DNA from: Clostridia bacterium
GTDB lineage: Bacteria; Bacillota; DAOUPZ01
NCBI GenBank assembly: GCA_030625885.1
Contig: DAOUPZ010000010.1
Location: 29,812 to 93,811, forward strand
Length of the DNA: 64,000 nt
Direction: 5' to 3'
The position numbers and the translations under genes were made by a program. The notes beneath the pieces are model-generated. The model was not told the origin of the DNA. It saw only the letters and a list, made by a program, of their open reading frames with translations, and made no database searches. Positions within the stretch are counted from its first letter, which is position 1. Each line of letters opens with the position of its first letter. This document shows positions 29,153 to 39,727 of this stretch, piece after piece.

Positions 29153-29410
29153 ATGGATAATCAGAAACGATATCAAGCGTATTGGAAAAAGAATGTTTCA
29201 GTCATTAGAAATCTATTAATTGTTTGGGCAACAGTGTCTTTTGGAGTTGTAATATGTTTAGGTGATGTGTTGAGTGATATTAGATTTTTTGGTGTTAATC
29301 TATCCTTTTGGTTTGCGCATCAAGGTGCAATCATTGTGTTTGTACTATTGATACTATATTATGCATGGAAAATGGATAAGATTGATAAAGAATATGGTGT
29401 GGAGGAATAA
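29153..29410 (+). CDS. DUF4212 small symporter accessory protein
   Basis: YWKKN...L.VW..VSFG...FWFAHQGAI.VFV....YY..MD..D. Confidence 0.88.
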   Translation: MDNQKRYQAYWKKNVSVIRNLLIVWATVSFGVVICLGDVLSDIRFFGVNLSFWFAHQGAIIVFVLLILYYAWKMDKIDKEYGVEE

Positions 29411-29482
29411 TGATAGACCCGATAAGCTGTGGTTAGATCGCGTTAAGTTAAACTTTATAAACAGAGATAGGAGGATTGCAAA

Positions 29483-31159
29483 ATGAGTGTTGAAGTTTTA
29501 ACTTTTGTCTTAATTTTAGTAACATTTGGGATTTATGCTTATATCGGATGGTGGGCGAAAGCAGTAGATACACAAAGCTTCTATGTAGCAGGTCATGGCA
29601 TTCCAACCACTGCCAATGGAGCAGCAATAGCTGCAGATTGGATGTCAGCAGCATCTTTTATATCAATGGCAGGGCTTATATCTTTCCTGGGATATGACGG
29701 GACCATTTATTTGATGGGATGGACGGGTGGGTATGTTCTGCTTACATTATTGCTTGCGCCATATTTGAGGAAATTTGGCAGATATACGGTTCCTGACTTT
29801 ATTGGAGATCGATTCTATTCTAATAAAGCGAGAGCAGTTGCAGCGATTGCCACAATATTTATTTCATTAACTTATGTGGCAGGGCAGATGCGTGGTGTCG
29901 GAATCGTTTTTAGTAGATATTTACAAGTGGATGTGAACGCAGGTGTTATCATTGGAATGGCCATTATTACTTTTTTTGCGGTGATTGGGGGCATGAAAGG
30001 GATCACATGGACACAGGTTGTACAGTATATCATTCTGATGATTGCGTTTTTAATACCTGCTATTGCGATTTCATTTAAACTGACAGGAATCCCTATTCCA
30101 CAAGCGGCACTTACATTTTCAGATATTGCCACTCGATTAGGGGTTGCTCAGATTGAGATGGGGTTAGGGGAGTATATCATTCCATTTCAGAACATTAGCA
30201 AATTAAATGTATTTATGATGACATTAGCATTAATGGTAGGGACAGCAGGGTTACCGCATGTGATTACTAGATTCTATACCGTAAAAACGGTAAGAGCAGC
30301 AAGATGGTCGGGTGTATGGACATTGATTTTTATATCTATTTTATATACGACAGCACCAGCACTTGGCGCATTTGCAAAGTTTAATCTTATAGATACATTA
30401 AACCAAAAACCGATTGAAGCAGTTAGACAAATTGAATGGGTGGAAAAATGGGAAAACACAGGACTGCTTTCATTTGAAGATAAAGATGGCGATGATAATT
30501 TGCAGTTTTCTTCATCACCTAAAACAAATGAGGTTTTCATTGATAGAGATATTATTGTATTAAGTACGCCAGAAGTGGCAAATTTAAATCCAATCATTAT
30601 TGCATTGTTATCAGTAGGGGGATTAGCAGCGGCTCTATCAACAGCAGCAGGATTGCTGTTAGCAATGTCTAGTGCAGTTTCTCATGATGTTTATTATCGA
30701 ATTCTAAAACCAAATGCAACAGAAAAAGAAAGATTATGTGTTGCAAGGATGATGATCTTTGTTTCGGTAATAGCAGCAGGTTATTTTGGTATTAATCCAC
30801 CGGGGTTTGTTGGAGAAGTTGTGGCATTTGCCTTTGGGTTGGCAGCAGCTAGTTTGTTTCCACAAATTTTCCTGGGGATATTTGATAAACGGAATAACCG
30901 GGAAGGTGCAACGGCAGGCATCATAGTCGGATTAGTATTTACATTGGTCATGATCACGCTTATGAAGTCCGTGCCATTATTAGGAACTAAATCCCCCATT
31001 ATATCAGATTTGTTTGGGATAAATGCACAGGGTGTCAGTATAATAGGTATGATTCTTAATTTCGGTGTATCGTATATTGTATCAAGAAATACGGCGGAAC
31101 CGCCTGTAGAGATCCAAGAGATGATTGAAAACATTAGAATACCGAAAGAGTATGCTTAA
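29483..31159 (+). CDS. actP: Sodium:solute symporter, ActP-like acetate permease
   Basis: AADWMSAASF, GGMKGITWTQV and GTAGLPH; next to DUF4212 and acs. Confidence 0.85.
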   Translation: MSVEVLTFVLILVTFGIYAYIGWWAKAVDTQSFYVAGHGIPTTANGAAIAADWMSAASFISMAGLISFLGYDGTIYLMGWTGGYVLLTLLLAPYLRKFGRYTVPDFIGDRFYSNKARAVAAIATIFISLTYVAGQMRGVGIVFSRYLQVDVNAGVIIGMAIITFFAVIGGMKGITWTQVVQYIILMIAFLIPAIAISFKLTGIPIPQAALTFSDIATRLGVAQIEMGLGEYIIPFQNISKLNVFMMTLALMVGTAGLPHVITRFYTVKTVRAARWSGVWTLIFISILYTTAPALGAFAKFNLIDTLNQKPIEAVRQIEWVEKWENTGLLSFEDKDGDDNLQFSSSPKTNEVFIDRDIIVLSTPEVANLNPIIIALLSVGGLAAALSTAAGLLLAMSSAVSHDVYYRILKPNATEKERLCVARMMIFVSVIAAGYFGINPPGFVGEVVAFAFGLAAASLFPQIFLGIFDKRNNREGATAGIIVGLVFTLVMITLMKSVPLLGTKSPIISDLFGINAQGVSIIGMILNFGVSYIVSRNTAEPPVEIQEMIENIRIPKEYA

Positions 31160-31315
31160 TTGTTTTGTTAAATTTTAAACTTTTTTCAATATATTACTCG
31201 TAAAAGAAGCTTCTTTGGTGTACGTTATACATAGTAACCAAATTTGAAGCTTCTTTTTGGGTTTATAGATTATTCAGATTTTGGTTATAATATGACGAGA
31301 AAAAAGGTGATAAAA

Positions 31316-32140
31316 ATGCATATCGGATGTCATTTAATGGTTTCTAAAGGATATGAAAACATGGGGAAAGTGGCATTAGAAATAGGTGCTAATGTATTTC
31401 AGTTTTTTACACGAAATCCGCGTGGAGGAAAGGCTAAAGCATTAGATCTGGAGGATGTTGAAAAATTACGAGTGCTAATGAAAGAAAATGATTTTGGTCC
31501 GCTGCTGGCGCATGCGCCTTATACAATGAACATGGCGTCCTATAAAGAAGATACTTGGGAATTTGCTAAAAGGACTTTAGCGGATGATTTAAAACGATTG
31601 GAAGACATTCCTTGTTCGTTATATACATTTCATCCGGGAAGTCACACCGGAAAAGGATATGATTACGGAATTGAAAGAATTGCAACAGGTTTAAATGAAG
31701 TGTTTACGGGCAATGAAAATACGCTGATTTTATTGGAGACGATGTCTGGCAAAGGAACGGAGATCGGGTATACCTTTGAGCAATTAAGAGCGATCATGGA
31801 TAAAGTAAAGTATTCCGAAATGTTGGGGGTAACGCTGGATACCTGCCATGTTTTTTCCGCGGGTTATGATATTGTTAATGATTTAGACAACGTTTTGGAA
31901 CAATTTGACAACATCATTGGGATAGATCAATTGAAAGCCATTCATCTGAATGATAGTATGAAAGAATTTAACAGCCGCAAGGATCGTCATGCGGGGATCG
32001 GCGAAGGTACCATTGGTCTTGAAGCCATTGTTAAAATTATCACTCACCCTCAGCTTAAGGATTTGCCTTTCTATTTAGAAACACCATATGATCCTGAAGG
32101 ACATCGAAAAGAAATGGAACTGTTGAAAACGTTTAGATAA
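31316..32140 (+). CDS. nfo: Endonuclease IV
   Basis: IGCH, QFFTRNPR, HAPY, HPGS, LETM, DTCH, HLND, DRH and LETP. Confidence 0.95.
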   Translation: MHIGCHLMVSKGYENMGKVALEIGANVFQFFTRNPRGGKAKALDLEDVEKLRVLMKENDFGPLLAHAPYTMNMASYKEDTWEFAKRTLADDLKRLEDIPCSLYTFHPGSHTGKGYDYGIERIATGLNEVFTGNENTLILLETMSGKGTEIGYTFEQLRAIMDKVKYSEMLGVTLDTCHVFSAGYDIVNDLDNVLEQFDNIIGIDQLKAIHLNDSMKEFNSRKDRHAGIGEGTIGLEAIVKIITHPQLKDLPFYLETPYDPEGHRKEMELLKTFR

Positions 32141-32221
32141 TTTTAGGATTTTTTAACCAAACAGGAATAAAAGAAAAGGGTGGTACTTTGTTTCGAACGA
32201 TATAAAGTACCATCCTTTGTT

Positions 32222-33295
32222 TTAAAGGTTATAAATTAACTCTGTTCGAGATGTTACGCCTGTTTTTGTAAAAATCCGCTTGATATAAGTTTTTACTGTG
32301 TTTTCACTGATAAAAAGAGCTTGGGATATTTCTTTGTTTGTTTTTCCTTCTACAATTAAGGTGATGACGTCCATCTCACGCTTCGTAAATTTAATGGCAT
32401 TATTTTTTTTCCAGTCAGCTTTGTGAGGATTATAGTGCATATTGATAATGATAAGACAATGTGGTCTATGATTAATATTTTCATCTTCTAAGATTATGAT
32501 TTTAAAATGAGCTTTTCCATCTTTGAAGTTTAGAGAACCTGTTTCAAAATATGGACCGGAAACGGAACGATTCTTATGTTCAGTGATAAGATGGCAGCAG
32601 ATTTCTTTTAGATAGCTGTAAACGTTTTGGCCTGTTACAAGTTGAAGGGTTAATATGTTCTCAGCCAAAGGGTTGGAGCCCGTTATTTTACCATTGCTGT
32701 CGACTAAACAAAGCCCTGTTTTTTTATAACCGTTAGTATAACGCATGGTTTCCAAGGGGGAATGGTTGTTAAGTAAAGAAGCGTTATGAAAAGCATTGTT
32801 GATATGACCGTGTAATAATCTTAATATATCCATTTCTCTGTCACTAAAGTCTGGAGAATTTGCGCTGCGATGCAGAGATATTTCCCCTATTAAACGGTTG
32901 TCATTTAATATTTGTAGACAAGCAAGGTGATGCATTCCATGCGGGAGCAGGAAATCGGCGCGATGTTCATTTTTTGCCCATTTTTTGTAATCCATATAAT
33001 CAGAACTACGGTCTATGATCGGAATAGAATTGCCGGAAAATACAGCTTTTTTGTATTCGTCTTTATCTTCATAATATAATTTGTACTGATGAAAAAGACT
33101 TGCATTCAGGTTAAGAATAAAGGGTTCTGAAAAGCAAAAGGTTTCCGGGTCAGCCGTGAAGAAAGCCCCACTATCGTAGGGAATAAGATGCGAAAGATGA
33201 TTCATGATCAGTGGACGAATTTCTTCCACAACAGTGCTTTGATAAAGCTTTTTAATCATGGTGTCGTAAACTTTAAATTCATCCCAGCGAAGCAT
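32222..33295 (-). CDS. LuxR-family regulator with N-terminal GAF-like sensor
   Basis: C-terminal FTKREMDV..GKTNKEI..LFISENTVKTY..IF.K.GV.SR. Confidence 0.88.
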   Translation of the reverse strand: MLRWDEFKVYDTMIKKLYQSTVVEEIRPLIMNHLSHLIPYDSGAFFTADPETFCFSEPFILNLNASLFHQYKLYYEDKDEYKKAVFSGNSIPIIDRSSDYMDYKKWAKNEHRADFLLPHGMHHLACLQILNDNRLIGEISLHRSANSPDFSDREMDILRLLHGHINNAFHNASLLNNHSPLETMRYTNGYKKTGLCLVDSNGKITGSNPLAENILTLQLVTGQNVYSYLKEICCHLITEHKNRSVSGPYFETGSLNFKDGKAHFKIIILEDENINHRPHCLIIINMHYNPHKADWKKNNAIKFTKREMDVITLIVEGKTNKEISQALFISENTVKTYIKRIFTKTGVTSRTELIYNL

Positions 33296-33443
33296 TTTTT
33301 TCCCTCCTTTTGCTTAAAGGATTTTTAACCGTAACGAAGAATTTACATAATAACAGTTAATATTACTTATTTCGACATAAGTCAAAGGTGTTCCTTTTTG
33401 AAGAAGTGGAAAATATTATAAGTGAGTAGAGGGATTAAATGAT

Positions 33444-34685
33444 ATGAAGATTGAAACCTATGGACTACAGCCTGTTCCCGAAATCGAGAGAAAATCCAAC
33501 TGGTTTGATTTATTTGTCATTTGGGGAGGCGTAAGCTTTTGTCTGCCATCTTTTATCGTTGGGGCGTTGCTTATTCCTACATTTTCTTGGGGTGAGGCTG
33601 TTCTTATTAATTTTATAGGGAACCTGGCAGTGGGGATACTCATTGTGCTAGGCGGTTACTACGGAACGAAAACAGGCTATCCCGCTGTCATTTTTGGACG
33701 CTATGTATTTGGTTATCCGATTGGGCAATGGCTGCCTACCATTTCTTTACTCTTTTCAACACTAGGCTGGTATGCTGTTATGACAGCATTGACAGGCCAA
33801 ATGTTAAACGTGACGCTTGAAAAATTTGTGGGTTTTTCCAATTTAACACTCGTAACGATCATAGTGGGTGTTTTGAATGCTTTTACGGCTGTGTTTGGGT
33901 ATCAAAAGATTCGGTGGTTTAGTAAGCTGTCATTTCCTATACTCAGCTTTTTTTGTATTATTATAACCATAAAAATAGCTTCCTTTGGCCCCGTATCCAT
34001 GGCGCTTGACTATCAACCCACTCGGCTGCTTACTTATGGAGAAGGGATAGACATCATAATTGGCAGCTTTATTTCAGGGGCATTTGCGGCCTCAGACTTT
34101 TCCCGATATGCAAAGAGTAATAGGCATAATTGGGTGGGGACATTATCGGGCACATTTTTTGTCTCATTTATACTGGGACATTTAGGAATGATATCTATGA
34201 TCGTGACGGGAAATTCCAATCCTTTGCTTATGATACAAGATATGGGAATGGGCATACCAGTACTCATCTTTGTCCTGCTGGCAAATTGGACAACCAACGA
34301 TAATATGCTCTATTCTTCCGGGTTGGCGATGACAAATGTGTTACCTTCGTTTGACCGTTGGAAAAGTACACTTCTGTGTGGTGGACTTGGAACAGTACTA
34401 GCTGTACTTGGTGTGACTCATTTTGTTAAATCATGGTTAATGATGATGGCATGTATTTTTTCACCACTTCTCGGGGTGGTGTTATCAGAATTTTTTATTA
34501 TAAAAAGAGGCGCTGTTCATACTTCAATTAATGTGGAAGCTGTGATTGCTGTAGGAGGAGGAATTTTTTTAGCAAAAATTACGCCGCCGCAGTACATGGC
34601 TTCAGTAGTAGGATTATTGGCAAGCGGCTTAATTTATATTGGAGCAGTGAGATTGAATAAAAAAACGACAAAGGGAGCCTCTTAA
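33444..34685 (+). CDS. NCS1 cytosine/purine permease family
   Basis: PVPE.ER, GWY, DFSRYA and WTTNDN.LYS. Confidence 0.88.
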   Translation: MKIETYGLQPVPEIERKSNWFDLFVIWGGVSFCLPSFIVGALLIPTFSWGEAVLINFIGNLAVGILIVLGGYYGTKTGYPAVIFGRYVFGYPIGQWLPTISLLFSTLGWYAVMTALTGQMLNVTLEKFVGFSNLTLVTIIVGVLNAFTAVFGYQKIRWFSKLSFPILSFFCIIITIKIASFGPVSMALDYQPTRLLTYGEGIDIIIGSFISGAFAASDFSRYAKSNRHNWVGTLSGTFFVSFILGHLGMISMIVTGNSNPLLMIQDMGMGIPVLIFVLLANWTTNDNMLYSSGLAMTNVLPSFDRWKSTLLCGGLGTVLAVLGVTHFVKSWLMMMACIFSPLLGVVLSEFFIIKRGAVHTSINVEAVIAVGGGIFLAKITPPQYMASVVGLLASGLIYIGAVRLNKKTTKGAS

Positions 34686-34708
34686 GAGGCTCCCTTTGTC
34701 GTTTTTTT
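34659..34708. terminator. Bidirectional terminator
   Basis: AAAAAAACGACAAAGGGAGCCTCTT-AAGAGGCTCCCTTTGTCGTTTTTTT perfect palindrome. Confidence 0.88.
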
Positions 34709-34729
34709 ATTGCGTTACATATAGATATT

Positions 34730-36169
34730 CTATAAGTCGTAATACAACCCAAATTCTGCTGGGTGAGGAATTTGATTTAGTTCGGCAACCTCTTTGCGTT
34801 TTTTCTCAATCCAGATCTCAATTAAACGTTCAGGGAAGACGTTACCTTTTAGTAAGAAATCATGATCAGCTTCAAGGGCTTCTAAAGCTTCATCCAGTGA
34901 TTTGGGTAATGATTTTAATTTGGCTTGTTCATCTTCAGAAAGATGATATAAATTGTAATCATAGGGGCCAAATCCCATTTCAACTGGATCCATTTTTTTA
35001 TCAATACCGTCCAAACCAGCCATTAGGATGGCTGCATAAGCATAATATGGATTGCAGGTTGCATCTGGACATCTCATTTCAAAACGTTTTTTATCCGGTG
35101 CTTTGGCGTAAGCAGGGATACGGATAACAGCACTGCGATTAGCAGTCGCAAAACCGATCGTTACGGGTGCTTCATAACCGGGAACCAGACGTTTAAAGGA
35201 ATTTGTACTTGGGTTTGTGAGTGCACACAGGGCAGGTGCGTGTTTTAACATGCCGCCAATAAAATAAAGCGCGGTTTGGCTGAGACCGGAATAACCTTTT
35301 TCGTCATAGAAAACAGGCTGACCTTCTTTAAAGAGGTGCATATGGACATGCATTCCATTACCAGCTTCCGCAAATAAAGGCTTAGGCATAAAGGTTGCGC
35401 TTTTTCCAGAAGCGAAAGCCGCATTTTTAACAATGTGTTTAATGAGCATGGTTTTATCAGCCATTTCACGCATGGGGCCGAATTCTACTTCGATTTCTAC
35501 CTGACCCGGGCCGCCTACTTCATGATGATGGTATTTAACTGGAATATCGCGTTCTTCCATGAGCATACACATCTGGCTCCGCAGATCATAGAGGATATCC
35601 ATCGGGGGAGCAATATGATATCCGGCCTTATTTGGAATCTTGTAGCCTAAATTCTGAAATTCTTGCTCACTACTATTCCATTCTGCTTGTTCAGCGTCAA
35701 TTTTAAATCCGGTAGAATTTGGTTTGACTTCATAACTGATGTGATCAAAAACATGAAATTCAAATTCTGGACCAATTCTCATTTCATCTGCGATACCAGT
35801 AGATTTCATATATTCTTCCGCATGGTATGCGACATTACGAGGGTCTTGCTCAAAACGACGATTGGGATTTCCAATAACAAAAACATCGCCAATCATAGAA
35901 AGGGTAGGAACTTCAACAAAGGGATCTAAACAGGCTGTAGTGATATCGGGAATAAAAACCATATCACTTTTCTCTACTGGTGCAAAACCATAATTGGAGC
36001 CATCGAAGCCAATACCATTTTCCATGGTATCTTCATTAAATCGGCCAACTGGAATACTTAGATGACGCCATCTGCCAAAGAGATCGATCATTTTGAAGTC
36101 TACCATCTGGATATTTTGTTCTTTACAATACTTTTTTACCTCATCAAGCGTTTTGAACATTTCTTTCAC
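34730..36169 (-). CDS. glnA: Glutamine synthetase type I
   Basis: FDGS, GPEFEF, HHHEV, TFMPKP, GNGMH, NRSAVIRIP and RFEMRCPD. Confidence 0.96.
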   Translation of the reverse strand: MKEMFKTLDEVKKYCKEQNIQMVDFKMIDLFGRWRHLSIPVGRFNEDTMENGIGFDGSNYGFAPVEKSDMVFIPDITTACLDPFVEVPTLSMIGDVFVIGNPNRRFEQDPRNVAYHAEEYMKSTGIADEMRIGPEFEFHVFDHISYEVKPNSTGFKIDAEQAEWNSSEQEFQNLGYKIPNKAGYHIAPPMDILYDLRSQMCMLMEERDIPVKYHHHEVGGPGQVEIEVEFGPMREMADKTMLIKHIVKNAAFASGKSATFMPKPLFAEAGNGMHVHMHLFKEGQPVFYDEKGYSGLSQTALYFIGGMLKHAPALCALTNPSTNSFKRLVPGYEAPVTIGFATANRSAVIRIPAYAKAPDKKRFEMRCPDATCNPYYAYAAILMAGLDGIDKKMDPVEMGFGPYDYNLYHLSEDEQAKLKSLPKSLDEALEALEADHDFLLKGNVFPERLIEIWIEKKRKEVAELNQIPHPAEFGLYYDL

Positions 36170-36480
36170 TCTCCTCTAATAGATTGTTGGTAACGGATAA
36201 TTCATGATGCTTGTTACCTATCATTGGAACATTTGTACATATTAATACAAATATAGTAGAATTATAACATAATTACATTATGAAGGAACATTTTATAATA
36301 AATTTCTACTAATTTTACGTTAATTTCTTTAATATATTCAGGTGATATTTACGTAATCGGAATATTGTTAATAAATGTAAATTATTTATTACATTATCTA
36401 TAATTATAATTACATAACAGAAGCCTGGATGACACATATCAAAAAAATGTATCATCCAGGCTTCTGTATTTAATATTATC

Positions 36481-38229
36481 TTATTCTTGTGGATTCACAA
36501 GAATGTTCTTATGATGGTCATAGAGGACGAATCCCGGTTTAGCCCCTTTAGGCTTACGCACGTATTTGCGTAACGTATAGTCAACGGGTACTTTGGTATC
36601 ATGTTTGGCTTTACTATGGCGTGCGGCCAAAATGGCAGCTTCTTTGATGGTGGAATAGGGAACCTCTTTTCCATGGGGAATTTTGATAATAACATGAGAA
36701 CCAGGGATATCTTTTGTATGGAACCATAAATCATGAGGTTCTGCCAATTTAAACGTTAACATATCGTTTTGACGGTTATTTTTTCCTACATATATATCCC
36801 AATCGTTTTCAGATCGGATATGCAACGGGGGACTGGGTTTACTTAATTTTTCTGTATTCTTTTTATTTTTAGAAGAAACTTTTTTGATATAATTTCCTTT
36901 TATTAATTCTCTTTTAATCTCTGCTAATTCTTCTAAAGATTGAACGCCTTCAATATTGACTAATATACCATCTAAATAATCTATTTCTGATTTGGTTTCG
37001 GACATTAACTTTTCAGTTGCTGTAAGCGTATTTTTAGCTTTTGCGTAGCAGGCGAAATAACGTTGGGCATTTTCAATAGGTGATAGATTAGGATTCATGG
37101 CGATCGATATTTTCTTTTGTTGTGGATCATGGTAATCAATGACTTCAATGGATTCCAAACCCGTACTAATTTGATAAAGATTAGCGGTAATTAATTCGCC
37201 TAGTTTTTGGGTACTCAAATCTTGTTGTGCATGATTGAAAGCCTCTTCTTGTAATGTGTATTTTTTTACAAAACGGTTAAAGTGTTGCCTTACAATCTTT
37301 TCAATGGGGTGTTTAGCGCCTTGTAATTTTACAATCTGCTGTTTTTCATAGAAAAAATAATCTGTTGCCTGATTCATGCTAGGAAAGGAGCGGCTTTCAA
37401 GTCCTTCATATTGTTCTAAAGGAAAAGGGGAAAAGAATTTGGGTGCGCCTCGATCCATTACTATAATCGGTTCAAAATTTTTGTGATGTGCTTTTTGGGT
37501 GAAACCTTGTAAAACTTCCCACAAAGATGAAATATCTTGGCGACTCCAATTTTGTGATGAAGGTGAAAGATGGGCGCGATAAATGGCTTCCTTGATGAGT
37601 TGCGGGCTCATTCCTGCTACATGCTCTAAAAACACTTTCCATAATGCTTTAGGAGATTGAATATTAAAAAATATTTCCGTAAAAGTATTTTCCGATAGTA
37701 AAAAGGGATTGAATTTATTTTGCTCTGGCGGTGTTTCGTAGGGAATACCTGGAAGCACCTCGCGACGTCGACTGATGGCAGTCGTAATATATTTCATGCA
37801 TCCTAAAATATTTTTATTTTCTTTGTCAATCAGTATCAAATTACTATGCCGTCCCATTATTTCTAAAATAAGCTCATAAGAGCGTAGATCACCTACTTCA
37901 TCATTGTTTTCAATGTGAATGATAACCACCCGTTCAATACCGGGTTGAGAAACACCCGTTATTTTTCCATGGGATAAATATTTGCGCAACAGCATACAGA
38001 ACATAGGCGCTGTTTGCGGGTTAATATACCGATGTTGGGTTGAATGAATACGGGAGGATTCGGGGTTTGCAGATAATAGCAGTGAAAATTTCTCTTTGTT
38101 AGAACGCATTTGTAAAATAACTTCATATTTATGAGGTTGATGTATTTTATCAATGCGAATGTGGGTCAGTTGATTGTTTAATTCATCGACTAGTGCCATA
38201 ATGGCAAAACCGTCAAGGGACATAGGCAA
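36481..38229 (-). CDS. rqcH: RqcH/FbpA (NFACT) ribosome quality control protein
   Basis: MSLDG, PMFCMLLRK, EIMGRHSN, VGKNNRQND and PGSHV. Confidence 0.95.
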   Translation of the reverse strand: MPMSLDGFAIMALVDELNNQLTHIRIDKIHQPHKYEVILQMRSNKEKFSLLLSANPESSRIHSTQHRYINPQTAPMFCMLLRKYLSHGKITGVSQPGIERVVIIHIENNDEVGDLRSYELILEIMGRHSNLILIDKENKNILGCMKYITTAISRRREVLPGIPYETPPEQNKFNPFLLSENTFTEIFFNIQSPKALWKVFLEHVAGMSPQLIKEAIYRAHLSPSSQNWSRQDISSLWEVLQGFTQKAHHKNFEPIIVMDRGAPKFFSPFPLEQYEGLESRSFPSMNQATDYFFYEKQQIVKLQGAKHPIEKIVRQHFNRFVKKYTLQEEAFNHAQQDLSTQKLGELITANLYQISTGLESIEVIDYHDPQQKKISIAMNPNLSPIENAQRYFACYAKAKNTLTATEKLMSETKSEIDYLDGILVNIEGVQSLEELAEIKRELIKGNYIKKVSSKNKKNTEKLSKPSPPLHIRSENDWDIYVGKNNRQNDMLTFKLAEPHDLWFHTKDIPGSHVIIKIPHGKEVPYSTIKEAAILAARHSKAKHDTKVPVDYTLRKYVRKPKGAKPGFVLYDHHKNILVNPQE

Positions 38230-38346
38230 ACACTCCTATTCTGAAATTTAAAATGGAAAATTGAAAATGTAAAATAAAAGGAATAAAAGATAATGAAGTT
38301 TTATTATTTATTCTATATTCTATATTAGAAAGTATAACTTTTGATG

Positions 38347-38490
38347 TGAAAGTTTGTACTTAGACGGTTATGCTTCCAGTCAATTTATAACTTCTATCTT
38401 CTAGCATGACCATGTCCAAGTGGGTTTAATTTTTTTCTACCTGCTACCTGCTGGTTGCTACCTGCCCAAAAACGGTGAAAGCCGTTTTTC
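38347..38490. mobile_element. MITE-like element, short copy
   Basis: TTAGAC(--)GGTTATGCT...AGCATGACCATGTCCAA inverted ends, then CTACCTG repeats. Homologous to 57221-57423. Confidence 0.6.
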
Positions 38491-38699
38491 GCATTTCTAA
38501 TTCAGTATACAGTCCTATAATTAATACGTCAATCTAACGCTAGTTTTTCCATTTTTTTTGTTTTAATTTTTAATTTACTATTATTAATTTTTAATTTCAT
38601 TGACAAGACTTTTTCCACTATAATATAATAAGGTTTAATTGGTAATAATAAGGTGAAAAACGGCGCAATTTTTAAAAATCGAGAGGGAGGTTAAGAAAA

Positions 38700-39542
38700 T
38701 TGAAGTTTGCTAAGATTCATGGACTAGGAAATGATTTTGTTATTGTTGACCATAAAGAATTGCCTCATGATGATTATAAAACATTAGCTATAAAAGTATG
38801 TGACCGTCATTTTGGTATCGGTGCGGATGGTCTTATTTTAGTGTTTCCTTCTGAAATAGCTGATTTTAAGATGAGAATTTTTAATGTGGATGGCAGTGAA
38901 GCAGAGATGTGTGGTAATGGTATTCGCTGTTTTGCCAAATATCTTTATGAACATGATTTGACTCATGAAAAGAAGATTACGATAGAAACCCTTGCGGGTA
39001 TAATCATTCCTCATTTAGTGATTAATAATGGTAAAGTGGATCAGGTTCGAGTAGATATGGGGGAACCCCGCTTAAAGCGGAGCGAAATTCCAGCAACAGG
39101 AAATGAAGAGCGTGTGGTTGACGAGCCTTTGGATGTGAAAGGACAAATATATCGTATTACAGGTGTATCCATGGGAAATCCTCATTGTATTACCTTTGTT
39201 GATCATGTAGATGATATTGTTTTAGACGTTATAGGTCCTATGATAGAAAGTCATCCTCTTTTTCCTCAGAAAACGAACGTAGAGTTCATTGAGGTAGTGG
39301 ATAGAAATGAAATTAAAATGCGAGTTTGGGAACGGGGCAGCGGGATTACGTTAGCTTGTGGTACAGGTGCTTGCGCCTCGGTTGTTGCATGTGCATTAAA
39401 TAATAAAACTGAGCGTAAGGTTAAGGTACATTTGCCGGGTGGTGATTTATTGATCGAATGGGCTGAAAACAATCATGTTTATATGACAGGTTCTGCAACG
39501 GAAGTTTTTGTAGGCGAGATGGAAGAAGTTCATAATTCATAA
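38700..39542 (+). CDS. dapF: Diaminopimelate epimerase
   Basis: [21 protein letters not shown] and [12 protein letters not shown]. Confidence 0.96.
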   Translation: MKFAKIHGLGNDFVIVDHKELPHDDYKTLAIKVCDRHFGIGADGLILVFPSEIADFKMRIFNVDGSEAEMCGNGIRCFAKYLYEHDLTHEKKITIETLAGIIIPHLVINNGKVDQVRVDMGEPRLKRSEIPATGNEERVVDEPLDVKGQIYRITGVSMGNPHCITFVDHVDDIVLDVIGPMIESHPLFPQKTNVEFIEVVDRNEIKMRVWERGSGITLACGTGACASVVACALNNKTERKVKVHLPGGDLLIEWAENNHVYMTGSATEVFVGEMEEVHNS

Positions 39543-39727
39543 TTAATAATTTACAATAAAAAACAAAAGATTATGAAGAGCAGGCAGCCAACGGAATATA
39601 ATTGACAACTGACGATTAATAATAATTTATAAAGGATAAAAACAATTTTAAAAATATATTTTTATCTAGAGTTTGCTACAAGAAATGGGTTAGAATTAGC
39701 TAAATGCTATTAATAGGAGCTGATGAC

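Noticed and set aside
31205..31262. GAAGCTTCTTT direct repeat upstream of nfo
   Set aside because: Only two short copies with no other support.
36376..36393. GlnR/TnrA site upstream of glnA
   Set aside because: TGTAA-N8-TTACA has the wrong spacing (consensus N7), lies in very AT-rich DNA, and no glnR is adjacent.
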